Source of the DNA: Macrostomum lignano
Lineage: Eukaryota
NCBI GenBank assembly: GCA_002269645.1
Contig: NIVC01000268.1
Span: forward strand, 62,001 to 126,000
Reading direction: 5' to 3'
Length of the DNA: 64,000 bases
The notes beneath the pieces are model-generated. The model was not told where the DNA came from and did not search any database. It was given only the letters and a program-made list of their open reading frames with translations. This document shows, in pieces, positions 49,761 to 63,090 of this stretch (the first letter of the stretch is position 1; every line of letters begins with the position of its first letter). The position numbers and the translations under genes are program-made.

Positions 49761-52700
49761 ATGGCTTCCACCATATTCTTCAAGTTGAAATCCGACTTAG
49801 AAATGGAGGAGATTCACTTCGACGGCTCCGGCCTGACTGTTCGCGATCTGCGCAAAGTCATCCGCGAACGGCGTGGCTTTAAAGTGCAAGACTGCGATTT
49901 AGAATTGTACGATTCTAGCACTGGAAAGCGTGAGTTGTTTAATCTCCTGTTGGTCTCAAGCCTATCTACTCCAGATTGAGATAGCGCATCTCCAAGATTA
50001 GGACTATTTCCAGATCCTCAGATTGATATAATCCATATTCCCAAAATCCTCAGATAATGATTATTCCCTATTCCCAGATCCTCAGATTGAGATAATCCCT
50101 ACTATTCCCAGATCCTCAGATTGAGATAATCCCTACTATTCCCAGATCCTCAGATTGGGATAATCCCTACTATTCCCAGATCCTCAGATTGAGATAATCC
50201 CTACTATTCCCAGATCCTCAGATTGGTATAATCTCTACTATTCCCAGATCCTCAGATTGAGATAATCCCTATTCCCAGATCTTCAGATTGGGATAACCCC
50301 TATTCCCAGATCCTCAGATTGGGATAACCCCTACTATTCCCAGATCCTCAGATTTAGATAATCCCTACTTCCCAGATCCTCAGATTGGGATAATCCCTAT
50401 TCCCAGATCCTCATATTGAGATAATTATTATTCCCAGATCCTCAGATTGAGATAATCCCTATTCTTGGATTCCAGATCTAAGATTCTGCCTTAATGTCTA
50501 TGTATCGAGGCATTAGTCAAATCGGTCTTTTAATTAGTTATTACCAATAAACCTAAATAGCTGATAAAAGCCTTTAGTTTTACTTGGCAGTAAAATTGAT
50601 AATAAAGCTTCAAATTATTTTAAAATATAAAGCAGTCGTAAATTATGACTTTTTCCTTATCACCTTCCGCCACTCGAAAATGGAAATGCTATTTATTAAA
50701 AAATCATCGCTTGGAGAGTTCGATTCGCTATTCAAGTAGGAATATTACCTCTCCAGATACCTAAGCTGGGATAAACTCCTATATTCCCAGATCTTTAAAT
50801 CATTTAGATCCTGAGTTCACCTGTCCCAAATCTTATTGCAGCCTTCGCGTCCGAGAATCAAGTGGTGCACAACTATTCCTCTGTTATTGTGAAACGAGTT
50901 GCTAAGAGTAGGCCGCCAGGAAAAGAGTGAGTTTTTATTCTCTATGCCCTTGTTGACATTTATAAGCATTTTTTCCTTTGCAAAGAAATCGTCTTTTTTG
51001 TTAAGAACTGCACCTTAATATCACACTGGCTTTGAGAGTCGCCCCTTATTCAGCCATGAAACATCTCTTCTAAACCAGCTCTGATAATCCCCCCAGCCAG
51101 CTCTGATAATCCCCCCTAACCAGCTCTGATAATCGCCCCAACCAGCTCTGATAATCCCCCAAACCAGCTCTGATAATCCCCCAAACCAGCTCTGATAATC
51201 CCCCAAACCAGCTCTGATAATCCCCCAAACCAGCTCTGAAAACCGCCCTCCCAAACCAGTTCTGAAAACCGCCCCCCAAACCAGCTCTGATAACCCCCCC
51301 CCCCAAACCAGCTCTGATAACCCCCCCCCCCAAACCAGCTCTGATAACCCCCCCAAACCAGCTCTGATAACCCCCCCAAACCAGCTCTGATAACCCCCCC
51401 CCAGCCAGCTCTGATAACCCCCCCCCTAAACCAGCTCTGATACCCCCCCCAACCAGCTCTGATAACCCCCCCCCAACCAGCTCTGATAACCCCCCCCCAA
51501 CCAGCTCTGATAACCCCTCCCCCCCAACCAGCTCTGATAACCCCCAACCAGCTCTGATAACCCCCCCCCCCAACCAGCTCTGATACCCCCCTTCAACCAG
51601 CTCTTGAAATGGCCCCTATGCCAAGCTGAAGTGTATAAAATATTTCTACATATCACAAAACTTATCAATAGTTGTTATGAGTGCCTCATAAATATTAATT
51701 ACCCAATTATTCAATTTCAGTTCCAACTTTCCGAAGCCAAACATTTATGTAAGTAGCGAATTGGTTCGTGCGACGGTTTTTTAAAGCTGATTTATTGTAG
51801 CTCTCTAAAGGTAAAGAAGATGATGACTGATGAGACAATTGAAATGAGAGATACTCGTATTTAAAAAAAAGAGAAATTATTTTCGGGTTAAGCTTTCAGC
51901 AGTGCGTCTTTTACAAGCAATTTGCCTAATTTGTCAAACAAACGATTAACTTGTCGTGACATACCGGCTTTTATGCCTCTTTTTTGATTGATATTTTCTA
52001 AAATAATCTCTTTGTCTGATCTGTCTGTCTGTCTTCGTAACTAACAATGTGTCCTTTTTTGCTATTGCAGAATATGCGAGCTCATATTTTTTGCATAAAT
52101 ATTTCTTCAAATGTACTATATTACAGTTATAGTCAGACCCGATAATGCTATTGCTATGCTTGGCACATCTTGCGCTTAAATAATGCATGTCTGTGCTCAT
52201 ATAATGCGCATCTTTATGCATTCTGTGGTGGAGAGAACGATAATTAAAAAAAAATCCACACGTGTTCCGTCACCCTTTCGTTTCGTGGACCATCTTTAGT
52301 TTAGTTTAATAATTCAAATTTGTACTTTTATGATTGCATCGCATTCCATTGCAGTTTGCGTGTCTCTGCAAGTGTATATCATTCCTCAGACTTAGGTGGC
52401 CAAATTCAGAACTATGAAAAAGCTGCTTTTATCCATTGTGCATACATTCAAAGTGCTATTGACAAAATAAATATTGCATTTTCATATCTGCGTAAATAAG
52501 CTTGTCTGCTGCATTCAAAGTATTGTGTTAAGAGCTGCATTTTATCTTTATAATATCATTTTCAACTATTTTTCTATAAAATATTATGGCGTTTATGAGT
52601 GTTTTATGATGTACTTTTTCAGTTAAATTTACCTGACCAAATATACTTAAATGGTTGAGAATAAAGGACATGTTGTAATCTCCTAGTTTTGCAGCAAGGA

Positions 52701-54793
52701 AGTATTACAGTTCACATTGCCCGATGAGCAGTTAATCATTCCATACTCCATTCGGCTATTAATACAATATACTAAATGATGAACTCCGCCAAAGTTATGG
52801 GAGTTATGTGGAACATTGTCTGAAGAACAGTTCTCAGGCTCTTGCAGTTACTTAACATATTGTAATTAAGGCATTTATCAACGATAAAAAATATGACTTA
52901 TTTCGCCATTAAACGATTGGAATAACTTAATTCGTCGATGTCAACACCGGCTAAATCCACCAAAAGGTTGCCTACATGCTGCAAATGTTTCTTACTGAGT
53001 TTTTGGCCTTTTTAAAATATGTATGAGTAACTATTTTTTGCTAATTATTATTTTTATAATTGAATTGTAGCAACCGCGGGAGGAACCGAAGGAACGGCAA
53101 CCGCCAGCCACCACGGCCAGCATGATCGACTTGTCCAAGCGGACCGACATGAGCGAGGATGAGAAAATTAAAAAGATGGTTGAATATTCCACTCAAAAAT
53201 ATGCGCACGTGAAGTAAGTAGGCGTTATTCATCACAGTCTAAATGAGCACCATGTACTTTAAATCAACTCTTATAGCTGGCTCCCAGTATTCGCGTGCTG
53301 AAAGTTGATCAATAATTTAGCGGAATATTTAGGATCCAATTTTCTCGAAGCCTTTTTGTAGCAAATTGTTTGAAAACCTCGAAGCTTTTAGCTACTTTGC
53401 TTGAGAAGACAGAAAAGATTTCTATTGAGTCGATCATTGTCAATCCGATAAAGCACACGTATCGTTTCTTCTTCTGTATCCATAATTGAACTGATTTTCT
53501 CAGGTAATTAACAAATGCTCTTATTGATCAAATCTTGTGCTAGGCATCTAGATAATGCATTAAGTTTAGCTATCGAATATCTTGAAAATTTCGATCCTTG
53601 AGAACTTCCACCCGTAATATGGCAGCTCACTACGGCACAGAGTGTGTGCGCGTGTGTAAACTGCTTAAATATGACCATGACAGTATCCATTCGGCCTGTG
53701 CATGCTCGTGCTGATCTCAGAGAAGTCATTCTCATATCACGGAGGCTCAACTTTGCTTAATCCTCATATCGGGAAATCGGGATAATCTCCGTCTTAAATC
53801 CTCAGTTCGCAGCGCACATCTCCAGTTCATAATAACGACATCGTCCCACGACACCAGCGCCGAGGCAATTCTACCCATTCCGCTGAATCCTGAGCACCTA
53901 CAAGCGCTGCGATACTGACTGTACACAGGCACGCACTCATACATACGCTCACACAGGGTGTACAGCGGCCCTTTGACTTTTTAATCGTCGGGGCTGGCCC
54001 TCATGGGTGTGAATCGCACGGGACAACACTCTAAATGAATGTGGCTGCGCACCCCATCTTGAATTTAGTTCCCCAGAACCAAAATTTAAATACTGTATTT
54101 GCATCCCCCTCCCGCGCCGCATTCACTTACAGCTACAGCGTGCGCAAGCGGCCTACGGGAAATCCGCCGCCGGGCTACCAGTGCCACCGCTGCGGCCAGA
54201 AGGGCCACTGGATCTACGACTGTCAGGGTGCCCGAGGCGCCGACGGCCGTGTAATTGACAATAAAAAGCTGCGAATGAAGCTAACAACTGGCCTGCCGAA
54301 GGACTCCCTGCTGTACGTGGACAATCCTGTCCCAGGAGCTCTAATGACCAAGGACGGCAAATATGCCATACCTAAGATGGATCTGGAAGCGAAACTGCTA
54401 GGCAAGAAAGAGAAAAAACCATTCAGCGAAGAGGAGAATCCGTCAACTCTTGTAGACTATATGGAACAGTTGGACATACCGGACGATTTGAAGTGTCCAC
54501 TATGCCAAGACGTATTTAAAGACGCTGTTATTATTAAATGCTGCGGCTCTACCTATTGCAACGACTGCATTATTAACAGACTATTCGACACTGAGTCTGA
54601 CAGTGCCACCCTTCACAGCTGTCCGAATTGCGGCGAGTCCGTTGACGATACGGACATGCTAGTGTGCAATATTGCCACTAGAAACCGGGTCACCGCTTTC
54701 TTTATGAAACAGCGTGAGCACAAAATTGAACAGATACAATTAGAGCAGGCTGCTCAAAGAGCGGCTGTTGTTCAGCAGCAGCAACAACAACAG

Positions 54794-54831
<38 letters not shown>

Positions 54832-57800
54832 ACAGCAGCAGCAGCAACAACAACAGCAGCAGCGGCAACAACAACAACAACAACAACAACAACAAATAAA
54901 GCAGCAGCACTTTCAGACGCAACAAAGACCGCAGCAGCAGCAACAGCCACAGCCTCCGCTAGTTAGGCGTCAGAATCCTGCTGCATCTGCGCCGAAGCTG
55001 ACCACTACAGCTTCAGCACCTGTAGCTTTATCAGGCCCGTCGTCCGCCGTTGCCGCTACTTCATCCGCATCTGCGGACACCAAAAGCGGCAACGGCGGCG
55101 GCGTTAGCGTTGTTGCAGTTGACGAAACGGCCAAGTCCCCAGAGGCCGCTGATTCAGACTCTGACGAGTCCGAAGCGTCCGTCATTGTTCATTTGAATCT
55201 TGATCGACACGGTAGCGCACTAGACGAAGCTGAGCTCGACGAACTGGATGAAGAGATAGGCGTCATAGGCCTCAACAAGGATGAGGAAGAGGATTATAGC
55301 TTGGTGCCGTTGCCAGAACTAACTGGTGGGCCTAGTAGCAGCAGTGACGGCGGTGGCGGCAGTAGGTTAAAACGATCTTCCGAGAGCGACACTGCTCTTA
55401 GTATGATGCACCAGCAGCAGGTCACGATGAAGCAGAAGTACGCACAGCAGCCGCAGGCGTCTCAGGCAGGCGCTACCAGCAGCGACAGTGCGCAAATGCA
55501 GCGCGCTTCGTCTTCCACTTCGCTCCAGGGAAATCCGTCACAACAGCAGCAGCATCAGCAACACCAACACCACGCGCCTGGTTATAATGCACAGCAGCAT
55601 CAAAGGCCTTTCCACTACAGCCAGTCCCAACAGCAGGCATACCCGCAGCATAACCAAGCCTTTTATCAGCAGGCACATCATCACAGTCAGCCCTTTATGC
55701 AGCAGCGATACGATGCTACTAGGCCAGATGCTGGCACCCTTCAGCCGGTGCAGGCGCACTTTCATCAGCAGCACATGGGTCCCCATCAGGGGATGATATC
55801 TCAGATGATGCAGCCAGCAGTATCTCAGCATCAGCAACACCAGCTGCCACCAAGTTCGATAGTTCAGCCGATTTTGCCGCATGGACCTCATCTTCAGCAT
55901 CATCCTGCTGTGACGCTGACCCAAGGTCCGATGGGGCAGCCGGGTTTTCAGCAGCAGCATGCGCCTATTCATCAGATGCATATGCAGGCTGGTGGAGCGC
56001 AGCAGCAGTATTATACTCAGCAGCACCCGGGCGCTCCTAATCCGCTTGTTCCTATTCAACATTCGCAACATCATGCGATTGTTTCTTCCACAATTGGAGC
56101 AGCAGCTCCGGCTCCCACGGCTACTGTGGCTCCTACTTTGCCCGTAGCCGCCGCTCCCGCTATTGTCGGTCCTGACGCTGCCGGGCGGCAGTCTTCCGGA
56201 GCTTTGCCAACTGCAGCCGCTGGTGGAGCAGCCGCAGCGGCACCGGGAGCCGCGGCAGGGCTCCTTGCGATTCGACCGACTGGCGTTGCGCCGATGAGCG
56301 AAGAAGAATTCAACCGAATTAAGCTGCACCTTATGGCGGCTGAGAAGCGTCGGAAGGAAGACGCCTGTTTAGACTTTATCCTGGGCAAGAGGCGGCCAGC
56401 TCCGCCGCCGCAGAAGCAGCAGAAGTCTGGCTCCTCTAGTCAGAGCCCGTCCTCTAGACGGCATAACCGACGAAAATCTCCATCGGATTTGACGGCTGGC
56501 GCCGCCACTTCTGGATCGCGTCATCGACAGCGACAACGCTCAGCCAGCCGTAGTCGCAGCCGAAGTGTTAGTCGAAGCCGCAGTCGGCACCGTCACCGGA
56601 GCCGCAGCGGTAGCACTCGAGGGGCGCCTCGCCGCCGTTCGCCCCCGCGTCCGAGCAATCGGCGACGCAAAAACCGCAGCCGCAGCGGCAGCCGCTCAGC
56701 AGCTTCCGCGTCCCGTTCGCGTTCGCCTCCGCCGGCTTCCTCGCGGCGTCACAAAAACGGACGCGGCGGCGGCAGGAGTCGAAAACGATCCGGCAGTCCT
56801 GGCGGCAGCGACTCTGCTGGCTTGAGTTTGTCCAGCTCCGCCGCCGGCTCCTTGAATATGCAAGAATATCGTCGCGCTTTTGAAGGCTTCATGAAAGAAT
56901 TTATGAAGAAATCTGGCGGCGACTCGGCAGCCGTAGGCGTCGCTGGCCGGGGCCAAAAAGATCGCAGTCGGAGTCAGAGCCGCGACTCAGCCGCCAGCGG
57001 TTCGTCTGTCTCATCTTCTGAGCGCAACTCTCGTCGAAAAAAGCAGCAACAGAAAAAGAAACCGCGTCAGCAACAACAGCAGCAGCATGCGTCTACAAGC
57101 GATAAACGGCAGCAGCGTCGATCTGATAAGCATCGGGATAGAGATTATGGCAAGCGTCGCAGTCAGAGCGGCGACAGTCGAAGTAGCAGCGGTAGTCGCA
57201 GCAGTCAGACAGCCGGTGATGGCAAAGGGAGCAGCATCCTGGCAGCGGATCACAATCCGGTCATTGCCAAAATGATTGAAAGCCACTTGAAAGCAAGCCC
57301 GCCGCCAGTTGAAGAAGCCGCCGTTAGGTGAGCAATGAGGGGATGGGCGGAGTGCATGAGTAGGTACGATTGCCGTCACTATAGCCTTTTAGAAGTAAAT
57401 ACAATTAATACAATGACGCATTTCTAGTATGCTCAGTAATAGGAACGTTTGATTGGCCGTTTCCTATAACGATCATTACCACAATCGCCTATTTCTTAGA
57501 ATGTTGTGATTATCGCAATGACCCATCTAGAAGGGTTATTACAGCACAATGACCCATTTCCTCAGAATGGTTATTATAGCACAATGACCCATTTCCTCAG
57601 AATGGTTATTATAGCACAATGACCCATTTCCTCAGAATGGTTATTATAGCACAATGACCCATTTCCTCAGAATGGTTATTATAGCACAATGACCCATTTC
57701 CTCAGAATGGTTATTATAGCACAATGACCCATTTCCTCAGAATGGTTATCGTAGCACAATGACCCATTTCCTCAGAATGTTTGTTATAGCACAATGACCC

Positions 57801-60350
57801 ATTTCCTCAGAATGGTTATTATAGCACAATGACCCATTTCCTCAGAATGGTTATTATAGCACAATGACCCATTTCCTCAGAATGGTTATTATAGCACAAT
57901 GACCCATTTCCTCAGAATGGTTATTATAGCACAATGACCCATTTCCTCAGAATGGTTATTATAGCACAATGACCAATTTCCTCAGAATGGTTATTATCAA
58001 TAGCACAATGACTCATCGATTATAAGCAATTCCATTCAATTCAAAAAGCTATCCTTGCCAAGCTGAAAATCTGTGTTTGTTTAAGCATAGCAAGCGTATA
58101 GAGAAGCAATATGAGTCAGGGCCAAATTTAATGCAGTTTTAATTTTCATAAAAAATCAAATTAAAGAAATTGCTTTTTTCGTATTATTAATAGCTTTGTA
58201 CTTTGCGCAAACTATATTGTTTTCTGTCTGCAGTACTCCAATATCTACTATCGTTTTGATTGAGTAGTCAAAATACTGTTTCAATATTGTAGCATCGCAT
58301 TGGCGCATATGACACTTTTTGAGGCACCAGCTCTCCTCTAGTCTGTTAAAGCTCCATGCCTCTATAGTCAGGCGCCACATCTCTATAGTCAGGCGCCGCA
58401 TCTCTATATAGTCAGGCGCCGCATCTCTATATAGTCAGGCGCCATATCTCAGTCAGACGCCTTATCTTTAAAGCCAGGCGCCACATCTCTATAGTCAGTT
58501 TAGGCGCCAAATCTCTAAAGTCAGGCGCCATATCTCTATAGTCAGGCGCCACATCTCTACAGTTAGGCGCCACATCTATAGTCAGGCGCCGCATCTCTAT
58601 ATAGTCAGGCGCCGCATCTCTATATAGTCAGGCGCCGCATCTCTATATAGTCAGGCGCCATATCTCAGTCAGACGCCTTATCTTTAAAGCCAGGCGCCAC
58701 ATCTCTATAGTCAGTTTAGGCGCCAAATCTCTAAAGTCAGGCGCCATATCTCTATAGTCAGGCGCCACATCTCTATAGTCAGGCGCCACATCTCTCTATA
58801 GTCAGGCGCCATATCTCAGTCAGGCGCCACATCTCTATAGTCAGGCGCCACATCTTTATAGTCAAGCGCCACATCTCTATAGTTATGCGCCACATCTCTA
58901 TAATCAGGCGCCACATCTCTCTATAGTTAGGCGCCATATCTCAGTCAGGCGCCAAATCTCTATAGTCAGGCGCCACATCTCTATAGCCAAGCGCCACATC
59001 TCTTTAGTCAGGCGCCACATCTTTATAGTCAGGCGCCAAATCTCTATAGTCAGGCGCCACATCTCTATAACCAAGCGCCACATCTCTATAGTCAGGCGCC
59101 ACATCTCTCTATAGTTAGGCGCCATATCTCAGTCAGGCGCCACATCTCACATATTGCTACTAGTAAAAATAAGGTCAAGTAAATATTTCGTCACTCGCAG
59201 CAGCTCCCGAAAGCAGACAGCTGATAGCAGCAAAACAGTCACTGCGGCGACAACTAGCGAAACACAGTCGAAGCAGAAGGCCAAGAAATCGGCTTCTTCT
59301 AGCAATAAGCCGGCCAAGCCTGCCAAGCCGGTCGCTAATAAAAAGAAACGGCGGCATCGTCGGCGACGCGAGTCGGACGACGGCAGCGACGAGGCAGGCG
59401 GCGACAGCGACGCCCGAGATGAACGCAGTCGGTCTGCCAGCGAGCCAGAGACGACGCCGAGAAAGTGAGTCGGCTGGCTGTCGCTGGTACTTTTATTTTA
59501 GTATAATTTCTGTTTAAACTGTAGTCTGATTAATTATCCAAATGCGGCAATCATAATTTTGCAAGTTGTCTCATAGATTCCACGAGCTTAAGTTCGATTC
59601 TAAGAAATGGAAGTTGGATTCTAAAAAATCGCGATTTGTTTCCTAGAAATTGTGGCTCGATTCTAAGAAACTGCGTTTTTTATTAGAAACTGTACTTACT
59701 TGCTTACTACCGACGGGGGGAGCAGAGCGCCGCGATTAAGCCGCGAGGCCCCTATTGCAACCCCAAGCTAAAAACTGTCGAAATTGTAGTTCGATTTTAA
59801 AGAATCGCGTTTTGATTCTTAGAAATTTTGGTTAGATTTTAAGAAATTCAAGTTCGATTTCTAAGAAATTGCACTTCGATTCTAAGAAATCGCACTTCGA
59901 TTCTAAGAAATCGAATTTTGATTCTTAGAAATTGTGGCTCTACTCGATAATAAAAATTGTGGTTTTATTTTAAAAAAGTGAGATACATATCTGTGAAGTT
60001 CAATGCTAGGACAGTAGTCAGTTCTAAGAAATGTCAAGTAAATTCTAAGAAACAGCAGATCCGTGTCATTTATAAAGCCTACTCGTATTTAACCAGCGCA
60101 TATATTTAACTATCGCCCAAAATTCTTCATTCCACGCGACCGCAGGCGGAAACACAAATCGAAATCCGATCGCCGAAGCCCCTCGGCAACGCCGGACAAA
60201 AACGACCGCCGGGCCGGCAAGGCCGCCTCCGGCTCGGATGAGGATGTCGCGCCGCGTAAGAAGAGCAAAGATGATCAAAAACGGAAGCATCAGCAGAAGA
60301 AAAAGAAAAGTAAAAAGGAGAAAAAGAAAAGCTCTTCGAAGCGGGATTAA
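49761..60350 (+). CDS. RBBP6: E3 ubiquitin ligase / 3'-end processing factor RBBP6 (Mpe1), 7 coding exons, about 1362 aa
   Basis: Exons 49761-49929, 50842-50926, 51721-51748, 53071-53213, 54133-57327, 59201-59464, 60146-60350; phases 1,2,0,2,2,2; total 4089 nt. DWNN domain (IFFKLKS...SSVIVKRV), zinc knuckle CHRCGQKGHWIYDC, RING CPLC...CCGSTYCNDC...CPNC, RS-rich region, Lys-rich tail. Confidence 0.92.
49975..50480. repeat. About 31-34-bp minisatellite (TATTCCCAGATCCTCAGATTGAGATAATCCCTAC), RBBP6 intron 1
   Basis: Direct repeats. Confidence 0.93.
51070..51600. repeat. About 21-bp minisatellite (ACCAGCTCTGATAA + variable C-run), RBBP6 intron 2
   Basis: Direct repeats with poly-C tracts of variable length. 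Confidence 0.93.
51721..51748 (+). CDS. RBBP6: 28-nt microexon of RBBP6
   Basis: TTTCAG|TTCCAACTTTCCGAAGCCAAACATTTAT|GTAAGT. It converts phase 2 (end of exon 2) to phase 0 (start of the next exon) and encodes DSNFPKPNIY. Confidence 0.75.
53900..54050 (-). mobile_element. Partial copy of the 49040-49335 SINE-like family in RBBP6 intron 4
   Basis: Shares ACACAGG.GTGTACAGCGGCCCT...ACTTT...ATCGT and CCTGAGCA..CACAAGCGC-like segments with copy 1. Confidence 0.5.
57525..58010. repeat. 35-bp minisatellite (ATAGCACAATGACCCATTTCCTCAGAATGGTTATT)n, RBBP6 intron 5
   Basis: Direct repeats. Confidence 0.96.
58360..59150. repeat. About 21-bp minisatellite (ATAGTCAGGCGCCACATCTCT)n, RBBP6 intron 5
   Basis: Direct repeats; a block is duplicated at about 216-bp offset. 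Confidence 0.95.
59590..60050. repeat. Degenerate GATTCTAAGAAAT repeats, RBBP6 intron 6
   Basis: Recurrent TTCGATTCTAAGAAAT core. Confidence 0.75.
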
Positions 60351-60408
60351 GACTTTCGGTTTCTCTCTTTTTTTAAGTGTTTTAGTTTGATCGAATAGTA
60401 AAGTTACT

Positions 60409-60778
60409 AGCCTCCCAGATCCCCATTATGAAGCTAACCCTCTTAGAATCCCGGGAAAAGCTACGAGCCTCCCAGATCCCTATGATGAAGCCAACAGTCT
60501 CCCAGATCTCCATGATAAAGCTGCCCTCTTCCCAGTTCCCCATGCTGAAGCTGCCAGCCTCCTAGATCCCCATGGTGAAGCTACCAGCCTCCCAGATCCC
60601 ATGATGAAGCTACCAGCCTCCCGAATCTCCATGATGAAGCTTCTAGCCTTCCAGATTCCCATGATGAAGCTACAACCCTCCCAGATCTCATGATGAAGCT
60701 ACTCTTTTCCCAGTTCCCCATGATGAAGCTACCCAGCCTCCCAGATCCCCATGATGAAGCTTCTAGCCTTCCAGATCC
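60409..60778. repeat. About 31-bp minisatellite (AGCCTCCCAGATCCCCATGATGAAGCTACC-like) downstream of RBBP6
   Basis: Direct repeats. Confidence 0.9.
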
Positions 60779-62289
60779 GGTTTATTCGAAGTAGTGTAGG
60801 ATATCTCAGTGCGTGTAAATTATCAATTTATCTAACCGAACCGCTATGCATTCTGTAAAATTGAATTAATACTTGAAAAAATGTTTGGCATATTTATTTA
60901 TTTTCTATTTTTGCTGCCGTTTTTTTGAAAATTCTAAATCGCCAATTGTTCTCGATCATTGTGTCTTGTGTCTGTCTCCTCCAAGAAAAGCAAAATTTGT
61001 TTATTTTGGTGTCATCAATAAAACAAATCGTTTGGTTGCTTTAAATTTAAATATTTGTACTATATTATCAGCTAGTTTATCAGATGGTGATCTTATCCCG
61101 AGGTCTTATCCCGAAGCAAACTGGGACAAAAATGTGTTGCTGGGATAACTGATGCATGTTTTAAACCTTGAACAGTTAATTTCGACTGTAGAAATATTTG
61201 CCCAGTCTGTTAATGTTATTCATTGCCGACTGCACATCTGTCATTGTGTGTTTTTATTGTTATACCGCAATTTGGTAAATACGGTATTAAGTAACTTCTG
61301 AAGCATATTTAATCTTGCTTTAGATGTTGTTATAATCTTATTTAAATGCTTCTTTCTCCGTCGCTTTATTAATATTAATGTTATTGTATGTATGAGCACT
61401 ATTACTAGTATAATAAATGCCGTACAATGCTTATTTATCGTTGTATATGTAATTTCGTTTAATAAAATTAATACTGCGATGAAGAAACTATACACACATG
61501 TATTCGTATGTATTCAGACTTCATTATTTTAGTAGCTGTATTAGCTAGTAACCGTCTATAAAAATTCTAGACTAACTACCTTTATTGTTATCCTCTTTCC
61601 CCATAATCCCTAGCAAAGTTGTAATCCTCTTTAGTCATAGTTTATAACTGTAATAAGCGCATCTACCTGATCAAATAGCCGTGGGGGGGGTGGGTTGGGC
61701 AATTTCGAAAATTAATTTCGGCCCAACTAAAGCGTTTTTAGTTCGCCTCCTGCAGTTAATCGTCTGATTCAATTTATGGGCCCCACATTTTATTAATTAA
61801 TTACTTGTAAGCATTAAAATTTTCCTTTGTATTTCTCTCCATCCTCATTGATAATTTTGTGATGATGCGCCAAATAAAACGGGTTTAATGTCAATCATGG
61901 CGGGCATTGATGGCCAGGCTTGTGGACGCGTGACACACTCTCTTCTCTCGTGTCTCCCACCCACTCGTAAATCCTGTCTATCCCCCTCTATCCTTCGCGT
62001 TCCAGAAAAATCTCCTAATTTGGTTAACCTCCCCACCTTTCACCCCTGTGTCCCAAGCTGTCTATTGCTTCTCGTCTGCTTTTTCTCTTTCCCAGAAATT
62101 CTCAAGTTAGTTCCCCGCTGCCGTCCTCGTTTCGGTTTTTGAAACATTTTTATTTTGAAATTCAATCCAGGTTTGCTTTGTGCGCCATTTTTGGCTGGGG
62201 CAGTGGCGTTGGTTTGGGGGGGGGGTAAAATGGCAATGTGGGATTCAGGGGCAGTATTTTTGTGCCAGGAGGATGTCAATTCCCGCGTA

Positions 62290-63090
62290 AGGCCTGTGTC
62301 AGGAGGGTGTCAGGATGTCCATCTTGATGTCAGGAGGGTGTCAGGATGATGTCAGGAGGGTGTCAGGATGATGTCCATCCGGGTGTCAGGAGGGTGTCAT
62401 GATGATGTCCATCGGAGTGTCAGGATGATGTCCGTCCGGGTGTCAGGAGGGTGTCAGGATAATGTCCATCGGGGTGTCAGGATGATGTCCATCCGGGTGT
62501 CAGGATGATGTCTATCGGGGTGTCAGGATGATGTCAATCCGAGTGTCAGGAGGGTGTCAGGATGATGTCCATCGGAGTGTCAGGATGATGTCCATCAAAG
62601 TGTCAGGAGGTTGTCAGGATGATGTCCATCGGAGTGTCAGGATGATGTCCATCGGAGTGTCAGGATGATGTCCGTCCGGGTGTCAGGAGGTTGTCAGGAT
62701 GATGTCCATCGGAGTGTCAGGATGATGTCCGTCCGGGTGTCAGGAGGGTGTCAGGATAATGTCCATCGGGGTGTCAGGATGATGTCCATCCGGGTGTCAG
62801 GAGGTTGTCAGGATGATGTCCATCAGGGTGTCAGGATGATGTCCATCCGGGTGTCAGGAGGTTGTCAGGATGATGTCCATCGGAGTGTCAGGATGATGTC
62901 CGTCCGGGTGTCAGGATGATGTCCGTCCGGGTGTCAGGAGGGTGTCAGGATAATGTCCATCGGGGTGTCAGGATGATGTCCATCCGGGTGTCAGGATGAT
63001 GTCCATCGGGGTGTCAGGATGATGTCAATCCGAGTGTCAGGAGGGTGTCAGGATGATGTCAATCCGGATTTCAGGAGGGTGTCAGGAGTA
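62290..63090. repeat. 22/33-bp minisatellite (GTGTCAGGATGATGTCCATCGG with optional GTGTCAGGAGG)
   Basis: Direct repeats. Confidence 0.93.

Noticed and set aside
54035-54132. ORF-track start of the 1098-aa ORF
   Set aside because: Lies in intron 4; the true exon begins after TACAG at 54133, and the TGA at 57329 overlaps a splice donor.
61241-61495. 84-aa minus-strand ORF with a hydrophobic segment followed by KRRRKK
   Set aside because: AT-rich sequence readily yields I/L/K-rich ORFs; no recognisable homology or splice support.
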